DNA of 64,000 bases from an uncultured Candidatus Saccharibacteria bacterium (GCA_964565825.1 CAZMGK010000001.1:2052-66051), one strand, 5' to 3'; positions 21,375-31,936 are shown, numbered from the stretch's first letter. Numbers and translations: made by a program. The notes: a model not told the origin generated them from the sequence alone.

Positions 21375-22256
21375 TTACCCATCACTTGGATCATTGTCAT
21401 CAGCTCCATATGTATAACCAGAGTTGTTATGACTCGTATTACATTTGTGATGAATGACTGTACGTGTTTTATACGGAGCGCTCAAACCTTCGGAATCTGT
21501 GACTCCGTAGACAATACTGTAGGTATAAATTTTACATGAATTTGGTCCAGATTGACTCAAAAGTGTCGGTCCAGTTATAAACACAGCTGGGCTAATGTTT
21601 CCATCTTCGGCATCTAAAGCAGTATACCCTGGCTCATTGTATTTATTTGCACCAACACCATTACCAGTAAAAGGGTTGGCACTTGGTGACCAAAATGTAA
21701 ATGGATTTGCCCCATTTAACGTAATAGCCGGTGCAGTGTTTGGTGATGGTGGTGGAGGTATTGGAACTGGAGGTGGAGGAGGATCTTCTGGTGCTGGTGA
21801 TGAGTATGTTGCATTTTGACAATTAATCTGTCCTGGTAAATTTGAGGCAAGAAAACCGGTCACGATATTACTGAACCCTAGACCATCGGTACACCAGTAT
21901 TGGGCTTTTCGTAGTGGAAATACAATAGCCCATTCATTCGTAGATGCTGTACATTGATAATCTGAATTTTGAATACCAACCATGTTACCTAGATTTACCA
22001 GAGCGAGGTCAACAGGAGTTCCCTGACACACAGTTGCAAAAGAATATGGATCATGAGAGAAAAAATCATCAGTAGCACTCGAGCGTAAACTGGAAAGAAC
22101 TAATTTAACATTTGCATCATGAGCTGTGTCTCGAGCATCAACATATGTTGAAAAAACTACATTCGACAAAATTGTTACTATAGAAAGCACAATCAATAAC
22201 TCTATGAGAGTAAAGCCGGTTAATTTTCTTCTCACTCTTTGTATTATCTTTTTCAT
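21375..22256 (-). CDS. Type IV pilin-like protein with Pro-rich linker and C-terminal Ig-like (DUF5011-type) domain
   Basis: G|FTLIELLIVLSIV N-methylation motif; PPPPPVPIPPPPSP linker; PAITLNG..EPGYTALDAEDG..Y.VTDSEG. Confidence 0.85.
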   Translation of the reverse strand: MKKIIQRVRRKLTGFTLIELLIVLSIVTILSNVVFSTYVDARDTAHDANVKLVLSSLRSSATDDFFSHDPYSFATVCQGTPVDLALVNLGNMVGIQNSDYQCTASTNEWAIVFPLRKAQYWCTDGLGFSNIVTGFLASNLPGQINCQNATYSSPAPEDPPPPPVPIPPPPSPNTAPAITLNGANPFTFWSPSANPFTGNGVGANKYNEPGYTALDAEDGNISPAVFITGPTLLSQSGPNSCKIYTYSIVYGVTDSEGLSAPYKTRTVIHHKCNTSHNNSGYTYGADDNDPSDG

Positions 22257-22437
22257 ATCTACAGTATATCGCATTTACAAAAGAGTACAAATCAAAAAAC
22301 GATAGCGGTGGGTGTAATTATTACATGAGTGTATAAGCTCTACATTGGCAGGTCTCAATCGGTAACAAAAAACTCACCATAGTGGTGAGTTTTTTGTTAC
22401 CGATTGATATAGTACAGCTTCTGATACTGTAATATAT

Positions 22438-22743
22438 TTAAATGTTTTTCAAATCTTCCATCGCAGCATCAACTGAGACACTTGAGGCAGTTTTCATACC
22501 TTCAGGCTCGTTAATTTTGAGATTGATTCGCGCATTGTTTTTCATACCAATGACACGAAGGAGGGTTCGAATTGCTTTCGCAGTATTACCCATTCGGCCA
22601 ATTATCTTACCCATATCATTTGGGTTCACAGTGAGTGTAATGAGGACACCCATTTCATCAACGTTCCGTTCGATTTTTACATCATTTGGATTGTCAACGA
22701 GTGCCTTTACTACATACTCAAGGAATGCTTGATCGTTATGCAT
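22438..22743 (-). CDS. khpA: KH-domain RNA-binding protein
   Basis: LVDNPNDV, DMGKIIGRMGNTAKAIRTLL; rpsP-khpA-trmD synteny. Confidence 0.93.
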   Translation of the reverse strand: MHNDQAFLEYVVKALVDNPNDVKIERNVDEMGVLITLTVNPNDMGKIIGRMGNTAKAIRTLLRVIGMKNNARINLKINEPEGMKTASSVSVDAAMEDLKNI

Positions 22744-22829
22744 TTTATTCGTTCTCTGTTAGCGCAGCTTCGACAGTTACTGCTTCTCCTAGTATAGCGA
22801 AGTTTTGAAAAGAGTCAAAGGAGGGTGGG

Positions 22830-22953
22830 GATAAAATACGTGCTTACTATTTTAGAAAACACGAGTCAAGCTCTCATCTCAGTGTGCATATTAAAAAATA
22901 CAAATATGCACACTTCCGATAGTTTTTCTAAAATAGTAAGCACGTATTTTATC
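22830..22953. mobile_element. MITE-like element with perfect 30-bp terminal inverted repeats and an internal hairpin
   Basis: 22830-22859 gataaaatacgtgcttactattttagaaaa is the exact reverse complement of 22924-22953; internal agtgtgcatatt...aatatgcacact. Confidence 0.65.
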
Positions 22954-23124
22954 ATGGTGAAAGAAAGGAAAAATTACGACAGTCTTCATAAAACCTCGTG
23001 GTGCTATTTTATTGAGAGAAGGAGTAAAGAGAAAAACACAAGTCTAGGAACTCGAGCAAATTCAACTCTTGTTTGAACAAAAAAAATACCCTTGTGGGTA
23101 TTTTTTTTGTTCGCTTCCTCTATT

Positions 23125-23430
23125 TTATTTTTTTAGTTCTTTTCGCTTAACGGTCTTTGATTTTAATGGAAGAACGTTTTTTATCTTTCCTTCAATTACT
23201 TTTTCTTTTACTAAAATGTTGTGCACAGTTTCAGAAACTTGAGCTCCTGTACTGATTGCTTTTCTAATTGCATCTCCATCAAGCACAACTGTCCCCTTTT
23301 TAGCTTCAAGAGATCCAAGCACCTGAGTAAATGAACCTGACTTTTTTACTGCTGTTTTTGAATCAGTCAATACAATACGAAAAGCTGGATCATTTTTGCG
23401 CCCTATTCTTTGTAGTCTTATCTTTAACAT
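23125..23430 (-). CDS. rpsP: 30S ribosomal protein S16
   Basis: MLKIRLQRIGRKNDPAFRIV, GAQVSETV. Confidence 0.96.
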   Translation of the reverse strand: MLKIRLQRIGRKNDPAFRIVLTDSKTAVKKSGSFTQVLGSLEAKKGTVVLDGDAIRKAISTGAQVSETVHNILVKEKVIEGKIKNVLPLKSKTVKRKELKK

Positions 23431-23468
23431 ATAAGACTATACTACCGTATTTTAAGAAAAAAATCAAA

Positions 23469-24479
23469 TTATTGCACAACAACCATCCGGTTATCAAAAC
23501 GAGACCAATACCGCACAAAATCTTCTGATAAAATACGCAATCGCCCGTACGTCGGATCATTAACCCAAAACCATGTTTCTGGGCCTATTGTATCATACCC
23601 CACGATCAGAGAGACGTGAGTTGAGGTAAATAAAACCTCCTTCCCTTCTGGGGTGAAATAGACTAAACTCGACTGAGTCATATCGTCATCCTTGTGCCAG
23701 ACAATAACCGGATTACTGGCATCAAGAGCCGTCATAATATCATCGAGGTTCGCGTGTATTTTGGAGTATGTCTCTGGTGCGTATTTTCGTACCATATTTT
23801 CTACTGGTTTCTCATTCACACCCCAGCCGGTAGCACCAAGAAGGCCTAATGGCGCAACATAAACATGTCCTGAAACATCTCCAACAAAACCAGCATCTGG
23901 ATCACCCCACACCAGCCTACCGTTATGAGTATATTTCTTTTTGGGGAGAGCATACCCAATCTGATTCATGATTTCATCTTGGCCAAGTTCTATACGTTTG
24001 TACAGAAGCGCCATTTGAATACTCGCGGCTTCGCAGGATAAACGATATTTTTGCTCAATCAGTGGTATCGGTAATAGCACTCGTTTATCAAACAACTTTG
24101 GGGTGTCAGCACTGTCAACTGGAAAAAATGTTTTTGGGTCAAATGATTCAATTGGTGTACCACACAACATGCTATTTATCAGACGGCGCGTCATAGAACC
24201 GATTGTACCACTTTCGTATATTCCTGCTTTTTTCTGGAAAAGTGAAACTGCTTGTTCTGTTGTTGGACCATACAACCCAAATGCTTGAGGAGAAAGCTTG
24301 GGTAATACACTTTCCGAAGAAAGATGTCTTTGTATTTTCTTTGTATCTTCTATAAAAAGATTTTTACGCCATAGATTATTTTTGACAGATGCATCACAAA
24401 AAACATCTTGCATTGCAAAAACAGGAGTAGGAAAAGTAATTGCACAAATAAGTATTAATAAAAATAAGCGTGAATGCAT
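23469..24479 (-). CDS. Secreted protein: peptidoglycan-binding domain plus C39-like peptidase
   Basis: Signal peptide; GLYGPTTEQAVSLFQ..GTIG (PG-binding); SCEAAS (Cys), THVSLIVGYD (His), WVNDP. Confidence 0.8.
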   Translation of the reverse strand: MHSRLFLLILICAITFPTPVFAMQDVFCDASVKNNLWRKNLFIEDTKKIQRHLSSESVLPKLSPQAFGLYGPTTEQAVSLFQKKAGIYESGTIGSMTRRLINSMLCGTPIESFDPKTFFPVDSADTPKLFDKRVLLPIPLIEQKYRLSCEAASIQMALLYKRIELGQDEIMNQIGYALPKKKYTHNGRLVWGDPDAGFVGDVSGHVYVAPLGLLGATGWGVNEKPVENMVRKYAPETYSKIHANLDDIMTALDASNPVIVWHKDDDMTQSSLVYFTPEGKEVLFTSTHVSLIVGYDTIGPETWFWVNDPTYGRLRILSEDFVRYWSRFDNRMVVVQ

Positions 24480-24527
24480 GTGCACACAGTATAGCAAATA
24501 TCTACAAAAGAATACGTATTGTTCTTA

Positions 24528-25418
24528 TTATTTACTCTGGCGTTGTCTTTTTTCTAACATCACGAGAAGTGGTGATGCAACAAAGATTGATGAGTACGTT
24601 CCAAAAAACATTCCGACAACCAAAACGAGTGAAAAGTTTTTTGTTGATTCTGGTCCAAAGAAAAAGAGAGCCAAGAGTGCAAGAATAACTGTCAAAGAAG
24701 TGTTTATAGATCGCCCAAAAGTCTGAGACAAACTTTTTCCAACGGTGTCTTCAAACGACCCTCCTTTTATAGAACGTAAATTCTCACGGATTCTATCAAA
24801 CACTACAATTGTGTCTGATACAGAGAGACCGAGCACGGTCAACAGTGCGACAACAAACAATGTGTCTACTTCTGCTCCGCGTACATATCCAAGAATAGCA
24901 AACACACCTGACGGTATTGCAATATCGTGGATCAAGGTCACAATAGCAATCAGCCCATATTTATATGATGCCACTGGTTTTGAAACTCCACGAAATGCAT
25001 AGGCAATAAAGAGAATAATGGCAAGTGACACAAGAAAAATAGCAACAAGAGATTTTTTGACGAGCTCTTTTCCTACTGATGGGCCAATAGAATTAAAATT
25101 TTCTACTTTTCCATCTACTCCAATAGTAGTGAGCGCAGAAACAAGCTGTTGTCTTTCTGTTTCAGACAAAGCCAATGTTTTAACACTCACATTATTTGTA
25201 CCAACTTCTTGAACCAATGCATCTTCTAAATTGAGTGTCGCGAGTACTGTTTGTATCTCTTCTGTTCCTGGACGAGTAGTGTAGCTCAGCTCTGTTTCTG
25301 ACCCTCCCTTAAAATCAATACTCAACTTTAATCCAAATACGGTTACCAGTATGATTGAAGCACCAACAAGTACTGCTGAAATGGTGAGAAATATTTTTTT
25401 GTTTTTAATTATCCACAT
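24528..25418 (-). CDS. secF: Protein translocase subunit SecF
   Basis: IDFKGG, SIGPSVGKEL, DTIVVFDRIREN, GTYSSIFVASP. Confidence 0.96.
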   Translation of the reverse strand: MWIIKNKKIFLTISAVLVGASIILVTVFGLKLSIDFKGGSETELSYTTRPGTEEIQTVLATLNLEDALVQEVGTNNVSVKTLALSETERQQLVSALTTIGVDGKVENFNSIGPSVGKELVKKSLVAIFLVSLAIILFIAYAFRGVSKPVASYKYGLIAIVTLIHDIAIPSGVFAILGYVRGAEVDTLFVVALLTVLGLSVSDTIVVFDRIRENLRSIKGGSFEDTVGKSLSQTFGRSINTSLTVILALLALFFFGPESTKNFSLVLVVGMFFGTYSSIFVASPLLVMLEKRQRQSK

Positions 25419-25435
25419 ATATTTTATTTATTATG

Positions 25436-26830
25436 CTATTTAGTAAATCCTGACCCAAAGAGAAATCCGATAATTTTACCAGTCTTGGTGTTTGATTTGG
25501 TAAATGGAAGTGCATATAAAAAGATACGTGTTACCACTACAGCAGAAAAGAGTGCCGTCAGTACGCCGATACCAAGAGTGAGTGCAAATCCTTTAATCAT
25601 TGCTGTTCCGAACCAGAAGAGAATGGTAGCCGTAATGAGTGTCGAGAGATTAGAATCACGAATAGAAGTCCATGCGCGGTCAAACCCATCATGCAACCCG
25701 TCTTGCAATTTTTTACCACTTCTCATTTCTTCTTTTACTCTTTCAAAGATAAGGACATTGGCATCCACCGCAATACCGAGCGAAATAATAAATCCAGCAA
25801 TACCAGATGCGGTCAATGTCACCGGAATAATCTTAAACAAGCTCAGTACAATAGTTACATAGACAGCCAAGGCAATAACCGCAATGATACCGGGTAATCT
25901 ATACCAGATAACAAAAAAGAGAGAGATGAGGATGAGTGCGAGCACACCTGCGCGAATACCAGCATCAATAGCTTTTTCGCCGAGAGTTGGACCGATTGTT
26001 TGAGTTGATAAAAGTTCAACAGGAATAGGTAGTGCGCCGGAGTTAAGTCGTCCAACAAGGGTCTTTGCTTCCTCTGGCTTGAAACTTCCGGTAATAGTTG
26101 CCTGTCCACCAGTAATCACCGCCTGAACAACAGGTGCAGAAAGAATCTGTCCATCGAGATAGATAGCGACTGTTTTCCCAATATTTGCTTTAGTCATTTC
26201 TTCAAAGAGTTTTGAACCTTCATCATTAAATTGAAGACCGATGATTGGTTGATAGGTAGTTTGGTCAAATTGAACAGTTGCTTTTTTTAAGTATCGGCCA
26301 GTAAGTGAAGAACTTACGTATTTATTTGCATACGGATCAAAAGAACCAAGTGAGATTTGGCCATCAGGACCAATTGTCGGGGTCATGGTGAGCGGCGCGT
26401 TTGGATCAAAACTTGGATTTTCTGTTTTAAATTCAAGATTTGGAGTCTCGCCAATTGTTTTAATAGCTTCATTGATGTCAGTGACGCCAGGAAGGTCCAC
26501 AGTCAGACGCTGTTCGTTATTATTTGTGAAACTTGCTTCTTGAACCTGAATCACAGGCTCAGCAACACCAAAGGCATTGATGCGTCTTTCGATAACATCC
26601 TTGAGAGAATCCATTGCTGTTCCAACTTCGCTTGATTCAATTTTTGAAACATCAGCTTTGTAGACTAAATGAACTCCTCCTTTCAAATCAAGACCGAGTT
26701 TAAATGCGTATTTTTTTATTACCTCTGGTACAGCTTTGTGGTGCACGTACGAATGATCGCTCGCATAGACGAAGTATCCGAGACCAACTCCTAAAATTAA
26801 AATAAGTAATGCTATCAATCGATTTTTCAT
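25436..26830 (-). CDS. secD: Protein translocase subunit SecD
   Basis: LGLDLKGG, GALP, IGPTLG, AVDANVLIFERVKEE. Confidence 0.96.
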   Translation of the reverse strand: MKNRLIALLILILGVGLGYFVYASDHSYVHHKAVPEVIKKYAFKLGLDLKGGVHLVYKADVSKIESSEVGTAMDSLKDVIERRINAFGVAEPVIQVQEASFTNNNEQRLTVDLPGVTDINEAIKTIGETPNLEFKTENPSFDPNAPLTMTPTIGPDGQISLGSFDPYANKYVSSSLTGRYLKKATVQFDQTTYQPIIGLQFNDEGSKLFEEMTKANIGKTVAIYLDGQILSAPVVQAVITGGQATITGSFKPEEAKTLVGRLNSGALPIPVELLSTQTIGPTLGEKAIDAGIRAGVLALILISLFFVIWYRLPGIIAVIALAVYVTIVLSLFKIIPVTLTASGIAGFIISLGIAVDANVLIFERVKEEMRSGKKLQDGLHDGFDRAWTSIRDSNLSTLITATILFWFGTAMIKGFALTLGIGVLTALFSAVVVTRIFLYALPFTKSNTKTGKIIGFLFGSGFTK

Positions 26831-26944
26831 TATATTGGAATACTCTATTAAACTAAATAATAGTCTCATTTTACACGTTTTGGGGTAAAAAACAAGGCGG
26901 GTTTGGCGTAGCCAAACCCGCCTTGTTAGGCAGGAATTGAGAAC

Positions 26945-27724
26945 TTACAACAAAAACAATATCACTACCCCTACGACTATCCGATACCAGGCAAAGAGAG
27001 TCAACGAATATTTGGCGATGAGTTTCAAAAAGACTCCGGCCAACAAATATGAAAATACACCCGAGATCCCGACGCCGATAATCGTCAGAATTATTTCGTG
27101 AGAAGAGAAACTGATGTTGGATTTGAGAACATCATAGACTGATGCAAGAAATACGATAGGTAAACCAATGAGAAATGAAAACTGCGCGAGACTTTTTTTC
27201 TCAACGTTTCCAAAATATCCTGCAATAAGCACAGCTCCCGAACGAGAGACACCAGGAATCACTGCAAGTGCCTGAGCAAAACCAAAGATAATTCCCTCTT
27301 TTAAGGTAATCTCTTTTTTTTCTATCGGTCGTTTGTGAAAATGTTTTTTTGCATACCAATCTGCAATCATCATAATGAGTCCCCCAATAATGAGTGCCCA
27401 TGCGATAAGTGCAAAGTTCCCAAAGAAATATCCTTTGACGAGTGTATAGAGCACAAATCCAATGACGAGTGTCGGGACACAAGACAGTGCGATGTTCTTG
27501 GCCATATCCCAGTTCAGATCAAATGTATCCCTTTTTTGCAAGATATAGAGCGCAGTACCGAGAAGTGCCCCAACTTGAATAATGATAGTAAATGATTTTA
27601 CAAAATCTGTTGGCGGGATTGAAAGAACTTTTTCTGCGAGCTGTAAATGCGCAGTCGAAGAAATCGGCAAAAACTCCGTGATGCCTTCAATAATACTTAA
27701 AATAAATACATGCAGTAGTGTCAT
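26945..27724 (-). CDS. uppP: Undecaprenyl-diphosphate phosphatase
   Basis: EGITEFLPISSTAH, PGVSRSG. Confidence 0.95.
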   Translation of the reverse strand: MTLLHVFILSIIEGITEFLPISSTAHLQLAEKVLSIPPTDFVKSFTIIIQVGALLGTALYILQKRDTFDLNWDMAKNIALSCVPTLVIGFVLYTLVKGYFFGNFALIAWALIIGGLIMMIADWYAKKHFHKRPIEKKEITLKEGIIFGFAQALAVIPGVSRSGAVLIAGYFGNVEKKSLAQFSFLIGLPIVFLASVYDVLKSNISFSSHEIILTIIGVGISGVFSYLLAGVFLKLIAKYSLTLFAWYRIVVGVVILFLL

Positions 27725-28230
27725 AAAAATTTCTCAAAAAAAATAACTAATCCATAGGCGACGCATCCACCAAGGATAAATCCGGCTATCACATCGACAG
27801 GATAATGAACTCCATTTACTACTCGTGAGAGCATCACCAGAAGACTCAGTACCAGAGAAAGTATTCCCAAGCGGTAATCAAAATGAAACAAAAGTATTGT
27901 GAGTGCACCGTACACACTCGCATGTTCCGAGGGAAAAGAATACCCTGGTGTGGGAAACAATGGAATAATATGCGTATGAGTAACGTACGGTCGCATTACT
28001 TGGAAAATCTCCTTGCAGATGCGGGCAGTTAAAAAGCTCAAAAAACCAGATAAGAAAACAAGAGAAAACATGTACATAAAATTTTCTTTTGCCTTAAGAG
28101 AGAGTGCTATTAAAATACAGAGTGGTATGACAATAAAACTCACTGGTCCGGAAATAAACAAAGAGGTGTTTCCCAAAAGTGGGTACTTTTGACCCAGCAT
28201 GTGTAAAAATTCTAATATACTATAATTCAT
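27721..28230 (-). CDS. PAP2-family membrane phosphatase
   Basis: K..F...RP, SFPSEH, SRVVNGVHYPVDV. Confidence 0.9.
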   Translation of the reverse strand: MNYSILEFLHMLGQKYPLLGNTSLFISGPVSFIVIPLCILIALSLKAKENFMYMFSLVFLSGFLSFLTARICKEIFQVMRPYVTHTHIIPLFPTPGYSFPSEHASVYGALTILLFHFDYRLGILSLVLSLLVMLSRVVNGVHYPVDVIAGFILGGCVAYGLVIFFEKFL

Positions 28231-29035
28231 ACGGTGTAATCAGGTTATGAAATAATGCGGTGACTGTCAAAGGGCCAATACCCCCTGGTACAGGTGTCAT
28301 ATAGAGTGCTTTTTGCATAACACTTGGTTCTACATCACCTAACACAGTACTTCCTTCTTCACTCGTCCCTGCGTCAAAAACAATCACTCCTTCTTTTACA
28401 AGATCTGACGTCAGCATATGAGCCACACCCATGCCAGAAAAAATAATATCTGCCTCTTGTACAGGATTGGGAGAAAAATTAGTTTTTGTCATTTGAACAA
28501 AAGGAATGCTGTGCATACGTAAATAATCCGCGATTGGTTTACCGACGAGTCTTCCATTTCCAAGCACACAAATTTTCTTACCAAGAAGTGAAATATCGTA
28601 CGCATCGAGCGCATAGAGCATTGCCCGAAGTACTGGTGGGTATCGTCTATTTTTATTCTCCAAAAAAGAGTGGTACGTATTTTCACTCAATATATCAATA
28701 TCCAAGCTCGGCTTGATATAGTTCACAACCGTTTTGGTATCTAAGTGCTCAGGAAGTGGTAACTGAAGGATCATACCAGATGAATCAATCTCGAGTTCTT
28801 TTATTTTTTCTTGGACAAGAGAAGCCGAACTTTCTTTTGCTAAATGGTGCACGCGTACAGAAATACCCAATCGTTCCCCAAAACGTTTTTTGGCACGGAT
28901 ATACGTTTCGATAACAGGATTATCACCAATATATAAAATATCTAATACGTACTTTTTTTGCTCAATAAGTATACGTAATGTTTCTTCTATTTCTTGTTGT
29001 ATTTTTTTACCATCTATAATCATACGTTTATTCAA
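28220..29035 (-). CDS. folD: Methylenetetrahydrofolate dehydrogenase/cyclohydrolase
   Basis: QLPLP, GRLVGKP, GDV, TPVPGGIGPLTV. Confidence 0.92.
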   Translation of the reverse strand: MNKRMIIDGKKIQQEIEETLRILIEQKKYVLDILYIGDNPVIETYIRAKKRFGERLGISVRVHHLAKESSASLVQEKIKELEIDSSGMILQLPLPEHLDTKTVVNYIKPSLDIDILSENTYHSFLENKNRRYPPVLRAMLYALDAYDISLLGKKICVLGNGRLVGKPIADYLRMHSIPFVQMTKTNFSPNPVQEADIIFSGMGVAHMLTSDLVKEGVIVFDAGTSEEGSTVLGDVEPSVMQKALYMTPVPGGIGPLTVTALFHNLITPYEL

Positions 29036-30161
29036 CTCCTAAAAATTCATAATGCAAGTTATCACGATGCGTCGCCCTCCGGGTGCGATAAATAGATGAG
29101 ACAAGCCCAAGAGCGATAAATTCAGTAACTAAATGGGAACCACCGTAGCTCATAAAAGGAAGAGTGATTCCAGTAATGGGCATTATACCAATATTCATGC
29201 CGATGTTAATCAGCATGTGAGACAAGAAGAAGATAGCGATACCAACTGCTGTTAAAATCTCAAAATTTCCAGCACCATGAAGCGCTGTAGTGAGTATGCG
29301 TATAATCAAGAGAGCATACAGAACGAGCACCAGACATGCTCCAACAAAGCCCCATTCTTCTGCATAGGCAGCAAAAATAAAATCGGTTTGATATTCTGGT
29401 AGAAAATGAAGTCTGGATTGTGTCCCGTGACCAATCCCCTTGCCTAAAAATTGTCCAGATCCTACAGCAATAAGAGATTGCTTTGCATTATAGCCAGTAC
29501 CTTTTACATCAAGCGTTGGGTTAATAAAATTTTGAATTCTTTTTTTCTGATATTCTTTAAACACAAAACTCCATAGCACGACGAACAAGCTGATACCGAT
29601 AATAAAAAAGACAAAGAGGTGTTTTTTTGAGAGACCAGATACAAGAACCATACCAAACCAAATCATAAACAAAATAATAGCAGAACCGAAATCAGGTTGT
29701 AAAAAAATTAAAACAAACGGTATGATCATGTAAACCAGCGATATGAGAATATGCTTGAATCTTTTTATCTCAATATGCCTTCTTGAAAAATATTTTGCGC
29801 ACATTAAAATAACGGCAAGCTTCATCAGATCTGTTGGCTGAAAAGAAAATGCACCGAAAGAAAACCAACTCTGTGCACCTTTTACTGTATGCCCTAAAAT
29901 AAACAACACAGACAAAATCAAAACACAACATGCGTACAGATAAGAAACCGCTTGAGTCGATTTCAAAAGCTGGAAATCGATATGATGTACCGCAAAAAAA
30001 CACACAAGCGCAACTATGAGGAAAATAAGTTGTTTGTTGAAAAACAGTGCCGATTCTCCAAAAGTGTACAACGTAACGAGCGAAGAAATAGAGATGAAGA
30101 GGGCCAGACCCAATAGAGTCCAATCTACAGACGTACTATATTTTTTAAAGAAAGCAAACAT
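29028..30161 (-). CDS. rodA: SEDS-family peptidoglycan glycosyltransferase RodA/FtsW
   Basis: GAQSW, FQP, QPDFG, FLPEYQTDFIF, PITGITLPFMSYGGS. Confidence 0.9.
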   Translation of the reverse strand: MFAFFKKYSTSVDWTLLGLALFISISSLVTLYTFGESALFFNKQLIFLIVALVCFFAVHHIDFQLLKSTQAVSYLYACCVLILSVLFILGHTVKGAQSWFSFGAFSFQPTDLMKLAVILMCAKYFSRRHIEIKRFKHILISLVYMIIPFVLIFLQPDFGSAIILFMIWFGMVLVSGLSKKHLFVFFIIGISLFVVLWSFVFKEYQKKRIQNFINPTLDVKGTGYNAKQSLIAVGSGQFLGKGIGHGTQSRLHFLPEYQTDFIFAAYAEEWGFVGACLVLVLYALLIIRILTTALHGAGNFEILTAVGIAIFFLSHMLINIGMNIGIMPITGITLPFMSYGGSHLVTEFIALGLVSSIYRTRRATHRDNLHYEFLGVE

Positions 30162-30164
30162 AGT

Positions 30165-30953
30165 TTATTTTTTTGGATATTCTTGAGTAAAGGGATTATA
30201 TCGAGAAATAACCTCAAATCGCACAGGTGTTGTTTCAAATACTTTTTGCCAAACAATAAAGATTTGTTTTTTCTCTCTTGGGTTGAGTTTAGGAATAACG
30301 GTCTTCCCTACTTGTACCACATTTCCTTCTGCATCATACGCAAGTACATAGACGTCTATTTTGGAAATAGAAAATACTTGAGATGCATTACGAAGCATTG
30401 CAGAAAATCGAGGTTTGATATCATCGGTATTAAATAATTGTTCTGAAACTTCAATAACCATGTCATCATACCGGGTATCTGTTTTATGCCAAGACACAGC
30501 TTCTTGTAATTCAAATGTTGTATAGGTCGGGATGGTGTTGCCTACTGGAATCTGCTGCTCGAACACAACCATGCCTTTATTGGGTTCGATAAAAGTACTT
30601 CCGGATTTTTCAACAATCAGTACTCTGTTTTGATCATATAATTTAAATTTATACGCTACTTCTTTTACTCCAGCTTGAAAATTTTGATTTTCAATATATG
30701 CAACTGCATTATAAAAACCAGGAACTATTTCGTAAGACCTTTGCCATTTGATGACTGGATCTTGAGTAAACTCTTTACACTGTAAAGAACATTCTCCTCC
30801 ACAATCTACTCCGAATTCTGTGCCGTTTTTTTTAGTATCAAAACAAGTAGGTTTTTTATTTACAAGAGGAATTAAAATAACCACAAAAACACCCAACAGT
30901 ATAATTCCCATTATAGAAAGTATGTTAAATTGTCTTTGTGATGCCCAGCTCAT
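30165..30953 (-). CDS. Membrane-anchored hypothetical protein with Cys-rich motif
   Basis: TM helix followed by PTCFDTKKNGTEFGVDCGGEC; start ATG 7 nt after TGGTATAGT. Confidence 0.75.
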   Translation of the reverse strand: MSWASQRQFNILSIMGIILLGVFVVILIPLVNKKPTCFDTKKNGTEFGVDCGGECSLQCKEFTQDPVIKWQRSYEIVPGFYNAVAYIENQNFQAGVKEVAYKFKLYDQNRVLIVEKSGSTFIEPNKGMVVFEQQIPVGNTIPTYTTFELQEAVSWHKTDTRYDDMVIEVSEQLFNTDDIKPRFSAMLRNASQVFSISKIDVYVLAYDAEGNVVQVGKTVIPKLNPREKKQIFIVWQKVFETTPVRFEVISRYNPFTQEYPKK

Positions 30954-30991
30954 GTAGAGTACTATACCACAAGTCAGACCAGAACTCACAC

Positions 30992-31079
30992 AGTACTTTT
31001 TCGGAGCGCGCATATTTTTCTCAAAAAATATGCGCGCTCCGAACCCCCAGCGACTTACGAACGTATCGAGAAAAGTACT
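30992..31079. repeat. Nested inverted repeat in the divergent promoter region before efp
   Basis: Inner perfect hairpin ttcggagcgcgcatattttt-ctca-aaaaatatgcgcgctccgaa (31000-31043) inside outer agtactttt...aaaagtact. Confidence 0.6.
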
Positions 31080-31137
31080 TTGACAGTTCTCGCTTATCTA
31101 TTGCATTTATCTTCAAAATAAATTACTCTATACACAT

Positions 31138-31719
31138 ATGTTAGAATACAACGAAATCAGAGAAAGAAAAGTCATCATTTACGAGGATGAACCATACGAA
31201 GTTATCACAAGTCATGTCTTTCGCAAACAACAACGAAAACCAGTCAATGCAACCAAACTCAAAAATCTCCTGACCGGAAAAGTTTTGGAAATATCTTTTC
31301 ATGTCTCGGACAAAGTAGACGAAGCTGATCTCGAAAAGAGCGAAGTGAAATACCTCTACAATGCAAAAGGAGAATACTGGTTCTGTGATGCAAAAGACCC
31401 GGCGAACAGATTTGTTGTCCCAGCAGATAAGATCGGCAACCCACAAGTCAAATTTCTCAAAGAAGGCATGACAGCGACAATGAAAATTTTTGAAAATGAA
31501 AATGAAGATCGCATCATTGTCGCTGTCGAGATCCCGATCAAAATGGAATTCATCATCAAAGAAGCGGCGCCTGCGGTACGCGGAAATACAGCGACGAACG
31601 CAACCAAGTCTGTCATCCTTGAAAACGATACAGAAATATTTGTTCCAATGTTTCTCGAAGAAGGAGAGCGAATCCGCATCAATACAGAAAATGGTGAATA
31701 CGTAGAGCGGGCGAACTAG
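31138..31719 (+). CDS. efp: Elongation factor P
   Basis: PAVRGNTA, VPMFLEEGE.IRINTENGEYVERA. Confidence 0.95.
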   Translation: MLEYNEIRERKVIIYEDEPYEVITSHVFRKQQRKPVNATKLKNLLTGKVLEISFHVSDKVDEADLEKSEVKYLYNAKGEYWFCDAKDPANRFVVPADKIGNPQVKFLKEGMTATMKIFENENEDRIIVAVEIPIKMEFIIKEAAPAVRGNTATNATKSVILENDTEIFVPMFLEEGERIRINTENGEYVERAN

Positions 31720-31756
31720 GTATCTAGTGAGTAGTTAATAGAAAATGCAGAGTACA

Positions 31757-31795
31757 AAATACAGGAGCGTGCCCTTCGGGCACGCTCCTGTATTT
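31757..31795. terminator. Perfect hairpin (TTC/GAA loop), ATACA...TGTAT family, downstream of efp
   Basis: aaatacaggagcgtgccc-ttc-gggcacgctcctgtattt. Confidence 0.75.
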
Positions 31796-31936
31796 GTATT
31801 GTTCACTAAAATCTAAAATCTTAAATCTGACTGCAAAGACAAAAAGAAAAGCACCCTTGCGGGTGCTTTTCTCGGCATTTGTGCAATATTACTTTAAGGA
31901 GTACTATCTCACAAAAAGAATATAGCAGTTTGAGGT

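Noticed and set aside
22205-22235. LTGFT in the orphan pilin as a remnant of a family-A end
   Set aside because: The DNA (TTAACCGGCTTTAC) does not match TCTAACGGG and there is no partner end.
22825-23076. 83-aa + strand ORF
   Set aside because: Runs through an inverted-repeat element, opposite to flanking genes, with no motif.
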